The notes under the pieces are model-generated. The model was not told where the DNA came from. It did no database searches and saw only the letters and a list, made by a program, of their open reading frames with translations. From the human T2T-CHM13v2.0 reference genome, Homo sapiens, in assembly GCF_009914755.1 (NCBI RefSeq), contig NC_060925.1: a stretch of DNA of 64,000 bases. One strand, given 5' to 3'. The position numbers were made by a program, and so were the translations under genes. Shown here piece by piece: positions 13,270 through 25,050 of the stretch (positions are counted from its first letter, which is position 1; each line of letters begins with the position of its first letter).

Positions 13270-13490
13270 AATTAGAATTTGACAGATTTGGCTTAAAATC
13301 CCAGCTCTGCCCCTTCAATGGCTGTGTAACCAAATTGTTTTATTCTGTCTCTAGTTTCCTCATTTGTTAAATGGAAATAATAATAATAATTAGAATAGTA
13401 ATTATGATAATATCTGTCTTAAAGGTGATTGGAAGATTCAATGAGCAGTTGAACGTTAAATACATGGCAGGAAGTAGATGTTTAATAAAA
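13270..13490 (+). mobile_element. MIR
   Basis: aaatcccagctctgcc...gtttcctcatttgttaaatgga.ataataata. Confidence 0.8.
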
Positions 13491-14739
13491 GTTATTTTTT
13501 CTGTCTCCGTGTCGCTCCTTCCATCTCCAAAAAACTGACCCAGTGGTCTGTACTGCAACTGACTCAGATTCAGGTTGTTAATTAATCATTTAATGTGTTT
13601 AAATCATTTCTCTAATAAGAAGCCTATGAATTCCTCAAATGCATAGACTACATCTTATGAATCTGAAACATCTTTCTCCCTGCATGGGGATCCATATGGC
13701 GCTAGGGATATAGGAGATGCCCTCTAAGTAGTTGTCAGTTCAAATTGGATTCAGCGTTTCACTCACTTCCTTCAGCTGCCATGAGAAAAAGGAGTGAGGA
13801 AGCTCTGCAGGAAGTTCTGGAGGCCCCGAACCGTCCAGGGGTCCCGCATGCCTGCTTGCTCCTAGTCCCCAGCAAGGCTGCTCATGTCTTGGGGATTTCT
13901 CTATCAAGACTCTTATTCTCCCACCCAGGGTCTGGGGAAGGGTTGAGGGTCAGGTGGGGACGCAGGCGGTTGCAGAAGTCATGTCCTAAGTCTGAGTCAT
14001 GTGCAAGGCTCAGCTTGGCATCTGGCTGTGGAGCCCCAAAGCTCTTGTCTATCAGGGTCTCTTAATGCTGAAGGGAAGGCAGCCCAGATAGCACCAAGAG
14101 GGCAGGTGAAGGTGAATACAGGGACAGCCAGGCAGTGGCCAGCCAGGATGCTGAGTTACACAGGGGACCGAGACATCATGGGATTAAATTGGCAAGATGT
14201 AAACTGGTTCTGCTCCCACCGAGGGAGATGGCGACCGTCAGTGGGAATGGAATGAAGCACACACTTGCTGGCCCAGGCTAATCTCTGCTGAGTTTTTGTG
14301 AAACTCAAAAATTCTTATGTGTGGGACTCATGCATAATCTGCTGAAGTTCTAAAAACCACAGGATGAATGCATAGTTCGTGCTATTTGCCGGGAACTTTC
14401 TAATTTTCAAAACCTTTTAAAGTGCCTTTTTAAGAAGTCCACTTTAGGAAGTCAGCAAGGAAAACCCAAGAGGGAACCAGAACTCTAGAAAGGGTGGAAA
14501 TATTGTCAAATTTTCCTGAACATAGATTCTGCTTTGGCCAGTAAACAAGAAGTAGTAATTGGGTCATTTCTGTAAACAGTATTTATTCATAGGAAATCAG
14601 CATTTACTTATGACATTTGTTCATAGGAAATCCCCAGCCCCACTTAATAGCTGTTAAGTAAATAATTCAAAAATAATATCTGATAGCACAGCAAATGATT
14701 GGAGCCAGGGTGTGCCTCTGAGGGCAGGGATGTAGCTCA

Positions 14740-15185
14740 TCTTGAGGGGGGCTTCCTCACAGACAGGCTCCAAGACTAAGATTCTAGTGCAAATGGTTTA
14801 TTTAGGAAGTGGTCTCAGGCAACTCTTGTAGGGGAGTAGGGAGGCGAGGCAGGGTAGGGAAGGAGACCAGTGAAGAATGAATTTTTTAAATCACCTTACC
14901 ATCTGGGAAGCTGGAGCTTAACTCCACTGGGGACACACTGGGAGCTAATGTCAAATACCTGCCTTAGAGTTTACCTGCCTGAGGAGTGGGGGAGCTAGAG
15001 CTGCCCTGGGGGTGTTAATTCTAAGACTTGTCTATTCTGTCTTGTACATGGGTATGGCAGGTTTCCTCCATTTAAAAAAAGAAAGGCCTTAAAGCAAAGA
15101 CATATGGGTGCTGAGAGTCTGTTGGGCCAGTTAACCGCAAAATGAGAAGACCTGAGGGGGCATAGCAGCTCTGCCACCCTGCGGT
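14740..15185 (-). mobile_element. LTR16-family ERVL LTR
   Basis: gtgcaaatggtttatttaggaagtggtctcagg...ggagtagggaggcgaggcaggg. Confidence 0.65.
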
Positions 15186-15369
15186 ATCACCAGCCCCTAG
15201 CACAGTGCCTGGCCACAACAGGCAGCCTGTATTTTTCCACTAAATGAATGAATCCACAACAGCACCCATTTTAGAATGGCCACAGTGAAGGCTGGAGAGG
15301 TAACCCAACACACAATAGCAGGGCACCCATGTGCAGGCATTTCTCCACATCCCAGGCTTTCCGATTTTA

Positions 15370-15580
15370 CCTTTGTGCCAGGCACTGTGATAAGCACTTT
15401 CTATGGAAAGTTTGATTGAATCCTAAAAACAAGTAGTAGGTTAGAATAGGTCAAACTGGTTTAATACTTACAATTTCATATGCTTCTACCGTATACATGA
15501 ATTAGGTCTTATTATTTTTTACATTGTACAGATGAAAACTCTGAGACATGAGAGAGTAAGCAACGTAATTATGGTCTCAC
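15370..15580 (-). mobile_element. MIR (interrupted)
   Basis: tgtgccaggcactgtgataagcacttt...acagatgaaaactctgag. Confidence 0.7.
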
Positions 15581-15583
15581 AGA

Positions 15584-15726
15584 CGGTGTTTCTCAAACTG
15601 TAATGTGCACTGGGGACCTTGTGTAAGTGCAGATTCCGATTCAGTAAGTCTGGGGACCATTTGAGATTCAGCATTTCTCCAAGTTCACAGGTGGTTCCTG
15701 CTGGATGGACCACATGCTTTGAGTAG
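15584..15726. mobile_element. MER5A
   Basis: gtgtttctcaaact...gcagattccgattcagtaagtctgggg...gaccacatgctttgagtag. Confidence 0.8.
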
Positions 15727-16029
15727 GTGATTTGAGTTTATCTGACTCAACTCTAGAGCTGAGATGGGGATCAGGTAAGGAGACTACCAAACAAGCATCC
15801 TGTAATATGTTAATGTTTTTCATAAAGGAACTTTTCTTTGATCCAACTTTAGTGCCTACTATACATTGAGCATATGATAGGCACACATTTGCCAACCAGA
15901 AGACTCCAGGATCTTTCTCTTTCATCTCCCTCCCTCCCTTCCTTCCTTTCTTCCTTCCTTTTTTCATTCTTTTTCTCTTTCTCTTTTTTTTTGACTTCTC
16001 TTTTCCTTTGCTCATTATAAATTCATTAA

Positions 16030-17030
16030 ATTTTTTTCAGATGCAAGTAATGCAAGTAGCAGAAACTGATTTTGGTTTAGTTGAGTCAAAAGGGTAATTA
16101 ATTGGAAAATCTTCCAATGTGGGCTCACAAAATTTCCAGAAAGTCTGGAAGACCATGTTTGGAACAGAGGCTAGAGCCAAGGTGTATTAGTCAGGGTTCC
16201 GTAGAGGGACAGAACTAATAGGATAGATGTATATATAAAGGAGAGTTTATTAAGGAGTATTGACTCACACAATCACAAGGTGAGGTCTCACAATAGACCA
16301 TCTGCAGGCAGAGGAGCAAGGACACCAGTCTGAGTCCCAAAGGTGAAGAACTTGGAGTCCAATGTTTGAGGGCAGGAAGCATTCAGTGCAGGAGAAGGAT
16401 GTAGGCCAGAAGACTAAACCAGTCTACTCTTTCCATGTTCTTTTGCCTGCTTTTATTCTGGCTGCGCTGGCAGCTGATTAGATTTTGCCACCCAGATTAA
16501 GGTGGGTCTGACCTTCCCAGTCCACTGACTCAAATGTTAATCTCCTTTGGCAACACCGTCACAGACACACCTAGGAACAGTACTCGGCATCCTTCAATCC
16601 AATCAAGTTGACACTCAATATTAACCATTACAATATTACAATATTAACCATTACACAAGACAACTCCAGAGGGCCAAGACGCTTGGAGATGCTGGAGCCC
16701 CAACTTTCACTGCCTGGAAGGTGCTATGTCTGGGGCATGGCCTCCTGATGGAAGCATGGACTCTCCAGCCAAGCTTATCCCTGGGTCTGTGCCCTTCACC
16801 CCCACAACTGCTACTATAAAATAACTGTAATGACCTTTCAAGTTTCACCATCCCCTCATGAGTCAAAGAGTATTCAACTGGCTGATGTTGGCTTACATGC
16901 CAGGTTCGTGGCTGCCAGGAGACCAGGAGAAGGAGGCAGGGCACTGTCCCTTCAAGCTACCCACAACAGGTGTTCCCCTAATGGAAAGGAAGATTGATGC
17001 TAGACAGTACAACCTGCAAATGTCCATCAC
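16030..17030 (-). mobile_element. Old MLT1-type LTR interrupted by MLT2A
   Basis: ttcagatgcaagta...agaaactga start; cacatgcc-like and ggctgccaggagaccaggaga motifs after the insertion. Confidence 0.5.
16183..16655 (-). mobile_element. MLT2A (MLT2A2-like) HERV-L solo LTR
   Basis: tgtattagtcagggttc...caatccaatcaagttgacactcaatattaaccattaca; 5-bp TSD CAAGG/CAAGA. Confidence 0.93.
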
Positions 17031-17354
17031 AGCTATGCTGACTAGTTTCTTTGATTCTGCCTTCTAGAAAAAAAAAAAAAAAAACTCAGCTGCCCTGCAA
17101 TTACCAAGAACCTCAAAGAAAAAAGTGAAAAGCACAGCCTGAGAGTCTGAGAGCCTAATGACCTTGATTTAAACAATGTCAGGCATTTAATTCTGCTCAG
17201 CTACAGGAAAAAGAGGAAAAGGGAAAAAATAGTTTTTACCCTGATTTTAGAATCTGCTGATGAAAATTTTGAAGCACTTCTTGATGACGAAACCAAATGT
17301 GGCTTTCTGCAGCTTGCCACCAGCTGAGAGACATATAGAAAATCTCCCTCTCTT

Positions 17355-17494
17355 AGCCAGGCGCGGTGGTTCATGCCTGTAATCCTAGCAGTTTGTCTGG
17401 GAGGCCAAGGCGGATGGATTGCTTGAGCTCAGGAGTTTGAGACCAGCTTGGGCAACATAGTGAGACCTCGTCTCAAACAAAAAAAAAAATTAAA
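17355..17494 (+). mobile_element. FLAM-type Alu monomer with 15-bp TSD
   Basis: AGAAAATCTCCCTCT at 17337-17351 and 17495-17509. Confidence 0.93.
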
Positions 17495-18654
17495 AGAAAA
17501 TCTCCCTCTGGAGCTCCCTTCCTTTCATGCTTTAATTAATTTCCACATACATGTATTCAATGAACATTTATTGTGTAACTACTCTGTCTCCAGACCTGTG
17601 CTAGGTGCAGAGGAAACAATGATGAAAAATAGAGTTCCTTAGGAGAAGCTCTGATGGAGTGAAATTGTAGGATATGAATATGATACAATGAAAGTAAGAG
17701 TTGCTGTAAAATTAGTCCTGGAGGGCCCTGAGAATTGGGGAAAGATTTTTATTTAGGTGAGTAAATCGAGCCTGCCACCGGCTGGTAGATTTACTGTTGA
17801 AAACAAAATGTTCTTAGCTACAAAAGCAGCTGAATATTTTAAAGGCAAAAAGCTTCCACGCCCTAGCCTTATAGAACAAGTCACCTTCCATTTGTCACCA
17901 GTAGAAGGCGACAACACGATGGATTAAAGCTGGTCCTTAGCGAAGGAAACCAACAGGCAACATCTGACTTCTGATGTAAGAGCTGGAAAAATAGTCTGGC
18001 AGTAAAATCTTTTCTTTCTTGCTTGCTTGCTTTTTTTTTTTTTCCTTGTACAAAGCTATTTCAAAACTTTACAATCTGTTCTCAGGGAGTAGGCCCTTAT
18101 GTTATTGAGGAAGGAAATTCACATAAAGAAATCAGGTCCAGTGTAAAATCAATGGGACTTAAGCTACAATAAAAGTCTAGGGGACCAAAAACCTAACAAA
18201 AATATTCCTCACTGTTAAGATATAATGTGTCTCTATGCACCAATTGATTAACAGTATTTATAGAGCAACTACTTGGTGGCATTCTAGGGACTCAGGGGTG
18301 TTTAAAAAAGGTAATCCTTCAAGAGAGATATGAATTTCAATTTTTTTTTTCTTTTAAGCACATGACATTTTTATTTTGGGCTGTACTTTATAAGGTATGA
18401 AAAGTAAATGGGATTTGCAATCACCATTTCTGCAATGTACCTTTGGGCTGCTGGTTTATACAAACACCTCCATACTAAAAAAAAAAATGCAAAATTAATT
18501 CTGTAGTTGAGTCATCTTATTAATCAACCAATTAATCAATACTGCATAAGCACTCATGTGTTGGGATACCGAGGTTTCAAAGGCACGTTTTCTGTTCAGA
18601 AGGAAATTGTGATCCAGCTAGAGAAGAAAAACATAGGAACAAACATGCTATTTA

Positions 18655-18894
<240 letters not shown>

Positions 18895-19013
18895 TCATCA
18901 AACACCTTTTCAAAGAGCTGGCATTTAGCATAAGTTCTAAGCATATTTACAGAGTCAATGAATCAACACACAAATGAATAAATACCATCTAAAGGGTAAA
19001 GAATAATTCATTA

Positions 19014-19466
<453 letters not shown>

Positions 19467-19479
19467 TCATCATCCTCAC

Positions 19480-19870
19480 TGGGAAGCCAGTGGGGCTGGG
19501 TTTGATCCTGGATGCATGACCTAATCTCTGTGAGAATCTGAATAAGTTCACCATTCTGAGACTCAGGTTTCTTGTCAGTTCAGTGAAAATGATAGTAACA
19601 GTACCAACTTAATGGGGTTGTTGTGAGGATAATCTAGATAATCCATGGAAAGAATTTAACCCACTGTGTAGTACACGACTAGCTCTTATATTGATGGGGA
19701 TTTCATTCCCTTTTCTGTAAACTGGGGATAACAATAGCCCACATTTAATAGGCCTCTTGTAAAGATTAAGTAATAAATGTAAACACATTTTACATTTATT
19801 ACATATAAATAATGCATGAATGTAAATTGCCAAGCACAGTTCTTAGCATACAATAAGTATTCAAGAACTG
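19480..19870 (+). mobile_element. Tandem MIR fragments
   Basis: tctgagactcaggtttc...ggggttgttgtgaggat; ctgtaaactggggataacaatag...agcacagttcttagcata. Confidence 0.75.
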
Positions 19871-20384
19871 CTGCTAGTGAAAGTAAAGACCGCTTATGCC
19901 AGGGTAGTCAGGGGAGGCTTCTTGGAGGAAAAGAGGCTTGAAGGATGAATCATCTTTGGAAAGAATACAGATGCAGGCATTCTAGCAGGGGCCCAGGCAT
20001 ATAAGCAAGTTATGGAGATAGAAATATGAAAGATGTGTGTTCGAGAAAAAACAGAATCCCTAAAGCAAGCACCTCATCAAATCAGAAACTTAGAAAGGCC
20101 ATTAGACTTATGGATGGTCACACTTGCAGCAGCCAAAATTGAGACTGGGTCATGAGATGAATCACTTCAACAAGCCACTTCCCTCTCTGGGCCTCAGCTT
20201 CTGGGTTGGTAGAGTTAGACAGGAGTGGTTCCTCATCAGGGACTCTTTCAGTGCTAACATTCTGTAAATACAAGTTTGTTCCCACAGTACAGTGTGAGCA
20301 CACATGTTTATGCAACCCCAGAGGACTTTAAAATTGATGTGTGAATGTCTTCAGTGCTTATACCATGGAGTCTAGGTTTCCTTC

Positions 20385-20950
20385 AAGCCATTCATTCATT
20401 CATCCATTTTTCTAAACATTTACTAAGCTCCTACTATGTGCAAACACTGTTATAGATGCCAGGGCTTTCTAAAACCAAGATCTGACTGCATCCCAGCCCT
20501 GCTTAGATACTTTCAATGACTTCTGGTTGACAAGTGCAAACTCCAGGCCACATAACCATGTCCTTCCCTATTGCCATGCCTTGCTTTTGTTCCTGCAGTT
20601 TCCTCTCTCTAGATTGTCCCTCCAAGTCATCTAGACTAGCCAGCATCTAACGATCCAGACTCCTTTAAAATTTTCCTTCCCTTCTGAAGCCGTCATAAAA
20701 TCTGCTTGGTCCTTGTCCCTAACCCAGACTGGTGTAATGCTTTCTCTGTGCTCACACAGCACTTTGTATCACCTCTGGTTACTGTGCTTGGCACTTTTTC
20801 AGTTCATTGTTTGTGTGGCTTTCTTTCCTGCTAGATTTTCAATACAATGAGGCAGTAACAGTGTTTTATTCATCTTTGAAACCTCAGCACCTGGCGTACT
20901 GCTTGGCACATGAGCAATAATTAAACATTTGATGAATGAGTTTGTTGAAG
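20385..20950. mobile_element. Two L2 relics in opposite orientation
   Basis: cattcattcattc...tactatgtgc (minus); ttttattcatctttg...cttggcaca...tgatgaatga (plus). Confidence 0.7.
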
Positions 20951-21168
20951 CTTTAGAAGTGGATGGGAATGGTGATATGAATAATATGACAATAATAGTG
21001 ACTATTTTATATCACGTACTTCTTACACATCAAATTCTGAGCCAAGTGCTCTACATTCATGATCTGTTTAGTTTTAATCCTCACAACATGCTGTGAGGTA
21101 GGGGCATAGGGGATTGGTGAGACACGGTGTCTCTGGAGTTAGAGAGGCCAGGGTTTGAATTCTGGCTC

Positions 21169-21399
21169 CATGAGTGCCTTGTACACTCTTGTACTTTGTG
21201 CCTTGCAGTAGGGAGCTTGGTTAAGGAGATGAGTGGGGCTAAATGCTCCCTGTGCTTACCAAACCAAGTACTCTGAAATGGGGCTGCACCTGCCCAGAGG
21301 AAAGCCGGTGCCTGCCCATAGGGTGCCCTTTTTGGAAGTGGACGAGAATGGTGATTTCATATTTGAAAAAGGGCATGCTATGGGCAGGCACTGGCCTTG
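21169..21399. mobile_element. hAT-Tip100 MITE (MER91-like) inserted in a MIR, 8-bp TSD
   Basis: CA...TG termini; TCTGGCTC (21161-21168) / TCTAGCTC (21400-21407); MIR resumes after it. Confidence 0.7.
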
Positions 21400-21649
21400 T
21401 CTAGCTCCAACCCATGCCAGCCATGTGGCATTGCACAACTTACTTAACCTTGCTTTTTGCCTAGCCTTTCTCATCTTTATAATGAGATTATGACACCACT
21501 AACCTCACAGAGTTTTTGTTAGGGTTAGGCAGGATAATGCATGTGGTATGCTTGGCACTTGTCTCAGATACATATTCCATAGACGCTAGTTTTTATTATC
21601 TGTAGCAATAATAGCCCTATTTGCCAAATAAGCAAATTTAGAGAGAAAA

Positions 21650-21965
21650 GAGTTGGCTGAGAGCAGAATATGGGGGCACTCCTCCATTTAGAGGCAGCAG
21701 AAAGAACCAGGAGAGAGAAGGGCTGAAAACATTGTGCAAGGGTGAGTTAGAGGAGAGGCTGGTCAGGTGTCAGGAACTTCTGAAAGATTAAGCTGGAAAA
21801 AGCCTGCGAACAGTCCCTTGGAGCTGACAGTTAGAGATCACTAATGATCTTTGAATGAGAAGTATCATGACAGCAGTGGGAGAGGAAGCCAGATTGCTGT
21901 GGGCTAAGGTGTCAATGAGTGGTAAGGCAGAAAGAGTAACTCTGACCTATTCATCAGAAATTAAC
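21650..21965 (-). mobile_element. L2 relic
   Basis: gagatcactaatgatcttt...gaggaagccagattgctgtgggct. Confidence 0.65.
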
Positions 21966-21969
21966 TTGT

Positions 21970-22263
21970 GAAGTGCTTGTTTCTGTGCCCCCAAATTCAT
22001 ATGTTGACATCCCCAACCCTAAGGTGATGGTATTAGGAGGTGGGGCATTTGGGAGTGATTGGGTCATGAGGTTGGAACCCTCATGGATGAAATTAGTGCC
22101 CTCATAAAAGAAGCCTGAGGCTGGGCGTAGTAGCTTATGCCTGTAATCCCAGCTACTCGGGAGGCTGAGGCAGGCGAATCACTTGAACCTGGGGAAGCAG
22201 AGGTTGCAGTGAGCTGAGATAGCACCACTTCACTCCAGCATGGGTGAAAGAGCAAAACTCCAT

Positions 22264-22294
<31 letters not shown>

Positions 22295-22490
22295 CCTGAG
22301 ACAGACCTTTTGCCCCTTCTGCCATGTGGAAGGTGCTGTCTATGAGCCGAAAATTGGGCCCCTACCAGATACTGAATCTGCCTTGATCTTGGACTTTTTC
22401 AGCCTCCAGAACTGTAAGAAATAAATTCTTGTTGTTTATAAGCTACTTGGTTATGATATTTTTTATAGAATCCCAACCAGACTAAGACAC
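21970..22490 (+). mobile_element. MLT1A0-like MaLR LTR split by an Alu
   Basis: gtgcccccaaattcatatgttga...ggtgatggtattaggaggtgggg...cagcctccagaactgtaagaaataaa...gactaagaca. Confidence 0.9.
22119..22290 (+). mobile_element. Alu monomer (left-arm start fused to right arm) with TSD
   Basis: AAAAGAAGCCTGA on both sides. Confidence 0.93.
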
Positions 22491-23040
22491 GAAGGGTCAG
22501 AGGCAAATAGGTCAGTTGCTTTAGGAGGATTCAAATTGATAAACACCTTCCACATACTTTATTTCTTTTTTTAAAATTTTATCCACATGCTTTATTTTAG
22601 GTAATAGGTATCCCCTTCAAAGGGCCAGATCAAGGGAGCTCCAGGGAGACATGGACCCCTGCCTGAACCCCATATCTATCTGTGGAATCTGGGTATCTCT
22701 CCATCTCTCCAGACTCCTGGGATGATAAGGAGGATGATTTATCTCAGCTACTCAAACACTGAATGGGACTATCTTGTATTTAAGGAGAGAAGAAAGTTGA
22801 ATGTATTTTTTTTAGGCAGAGTACAGTCAACAGAATACAAAGCGATAGAAGGATGAGGTCAAGGACCCAGGTGGATGGATTCATCCTGGTGGATGGTGGG
22901 GATGGAGAATGCAAGGGAGAAGACAAATAGACAAGTCAAGGATGCAGCAGAAGGAAGATGAAGGACTCTCTGATGGTCTTTCTTGGAACAGAAAAATGTA
23001 AGGTCTGCGGAGAGTGCAGGGACCAAAAGGTGAAGGGCCG

Positions 23041-23410
23041 TGCATTGGTCAGGACAGGTTAAATGCTGCAACAAAAAATCCCTAAGTTTTAGTGGCTTCC
23101 CATAATGAAAATTTATTTCTTTTCATATCAAGTCCAGACAACGTAGGGTTGGCAGGAGCCTCTGCTCCATGCAGTGATAAGGATCCAGGATCCATCCATT
23201 TTATGGCTCCCTCATTTTGTGGGGCCTCAAAGTCCTTTTCTGAACCTTCTTCATCTGTTGGCAAAAGCAGGAAGAAAGAAAACATGGAGGATTGTGTAGG
23301 AGATTTTATAGGCCACTCCTGGAGGTGTTGCACATCACTTTTGCTTATGTTTTATTGGCCAAACTTCAGTCACATGACGAATCTTAACTGCAAGGGAGGC
23401 TAGGAGGCAT
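23041..23410 (-). mobile_element. MLT1J/K-like MaLR LTR
   Basis: ttagtggctt...aaaatttatttct...cacatcacttttgcttat...attggcc...agtcacatg...taactgcaagggaggct. Confidence 0.8.
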
Positions 23411-24149
23411 CCTCAAACAGTGTGCACAATTCCATCTTGTCTGTGTCCTCAGTGCCCAGTGCCTTGCACAACGTCTGGGCAATAGTGGATACTCAGAAAC
23501 ATCACTGAATAAGTACGTAGGTGAACATGATCTCATTTGGTCCTCACTATTCTCTCTACTGGTACCCTGCTTGAGGTTCAAAGACAACATAGACCTAATG
23601 TCCTAGATATGAGCTAAAGGTTGGGCTTATGCTTAGAGCTGGTCTTCCTATGATGCTGATATACTGCAGTGATCCATTCATACTCTTTGCACTTGTATGT
23701 TTGCTAGCTGGGGTTAGTCCTGAAGTCTGTAGTTAGTGCCTCTGGCAGAATTATACTGCCTTCCTCTCAGGGAAAGAAATATCAGAGTTTTTCTTTAAAA
23801 GCCCAGCACTATAACCAGTTTGAGTTAATGATTCTACAAGTACATTAACCAACTACAATTTCCAATCCAAATATGAGATAACCAGCCCATGATTTGGCTA
23901 ACCAGATCCTCCCTGAACCATACAGCCCCTTGCTAAACTAGCAAGTCCGAAGATGAATGGACATGTTACTGACTGAGCTAACAAGTCCCCATTTAAGCTA
24001 ACTAGTTCCTAGGGTCACAAGGTACCACTGATTCGACTGTGTCCTACAGATAAAGTTTAAAACCCAGGACTAGGGTTAATCTTCTCCAACACCTTTATAA
24101 TGACCCTTTTTATGGATAACATACACTCTAGAAGGGGAAGGAAAGCTGG

Positions 24150-24485
24150 TGATGTGAGTCATAACTTTCCTAAAGGTCAAATAAAGGGCTCTTTATCAGG
24201 CTGGCGAAGCTCGCCTGCAAGTGCAGCATGACGCGAAACCGCGTCGGGCAGGGAATGCCAAGGATATTTTTATAAACAACTCCAGAGCCATCAACAATGT
24301 GCGGCTGGTGCAGAGATTCCCATATTTGTAGATGATATTTCATGAGCCAGGGTGCCTCTGAATGAGAGTGAGTGCCAACAAGCTGAAGAAGGAGAGGGAA
24401 GCAGAAGCAGGCAGTTCTAACACAAGTCAGTGTTTCAGGCCCGTGGAGACACAGGGGCTGAGGCCGACATCTCTGACTCACTCAG
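24150..24485. promoter_or_regulatory. Candidate enhancer
   Basis: AP-1 at 24155-24161 and 24474-24480, AAAGGTCA 24172-24179, TEAD GGAATG 24252-24257, FOX TAAACAA 24273-24279, SOX AACAATG 24293-24299, near-CArG 24320-24329; 7 CpG in about 45 bp. Confidence 0.55.
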
Positions 24486-24814
24486 CCTGGTGTGGGGCAG
24501 TAGAGGCAGTGCTGGATAGCAAGGCGTTGGGTGGATGGGAAGCGAGTAGGGTCTCCTAGTGCCAGGAGTCCTGCCCAGACTGCAGAAGGCAGCTGGGCCC
24601 TTAAGGATAAGAGTTCTGATGGCAAAGGAGACAGGCATCCCATTCAAAGGGCAGATCCATGGAGCCCTCAAGGAACATGGACCCCCCCGCCTAAACCCCA
24701 AGTCATCTGGAAAATGTGGCCATCTCTCCAGCCTCCTGATATGACAAGAAGGATGAATTTCCTCAACTACCCAGCTCCAGGCAGGACTGTGTCCCATCTC
24801 ATGATAAGGCAACT

Positions 24815-25050
24815 CATTTCAAAGCAATTTAAAGTCCAGGCTTTGGAGTCAGTAGGTTCTAAGTCCCCAGTTACCACCTAGTAGCTATGTGGCCATGGGC
24901 AATTCATTCAACCTCTCTGGGCTTCGGTATCCTCTTCTATAGAACAGTGATACTATTTTGCAGGTTAGTGAAGATTTATTTAATGAGATTGTGCATGAAA
25001 AAAGCCTAACCAAATGCCCAGAAAGCAGTAGGTACGTAATATACAAGTTT
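24815..25050 (+). mobile_element. MIR
   Basis: caggctttggagtcag...tagctatgtggccatgggcaa...aacctctctgggcttcgg. Confidence 0.85.

Noticed and set aside
14214-14240. CTCF-like AGATGGCG
   Set aside because: 5' half of the motif does not match
24222-24250. Hammerhead ribozyme suggested by ATGA...GAAAC...GTC
   Set aside because: No CUGANGA core and no adequate stems II/III
24200-24250. CpG island
   Set aside because: Only ~45 bp; far below island length
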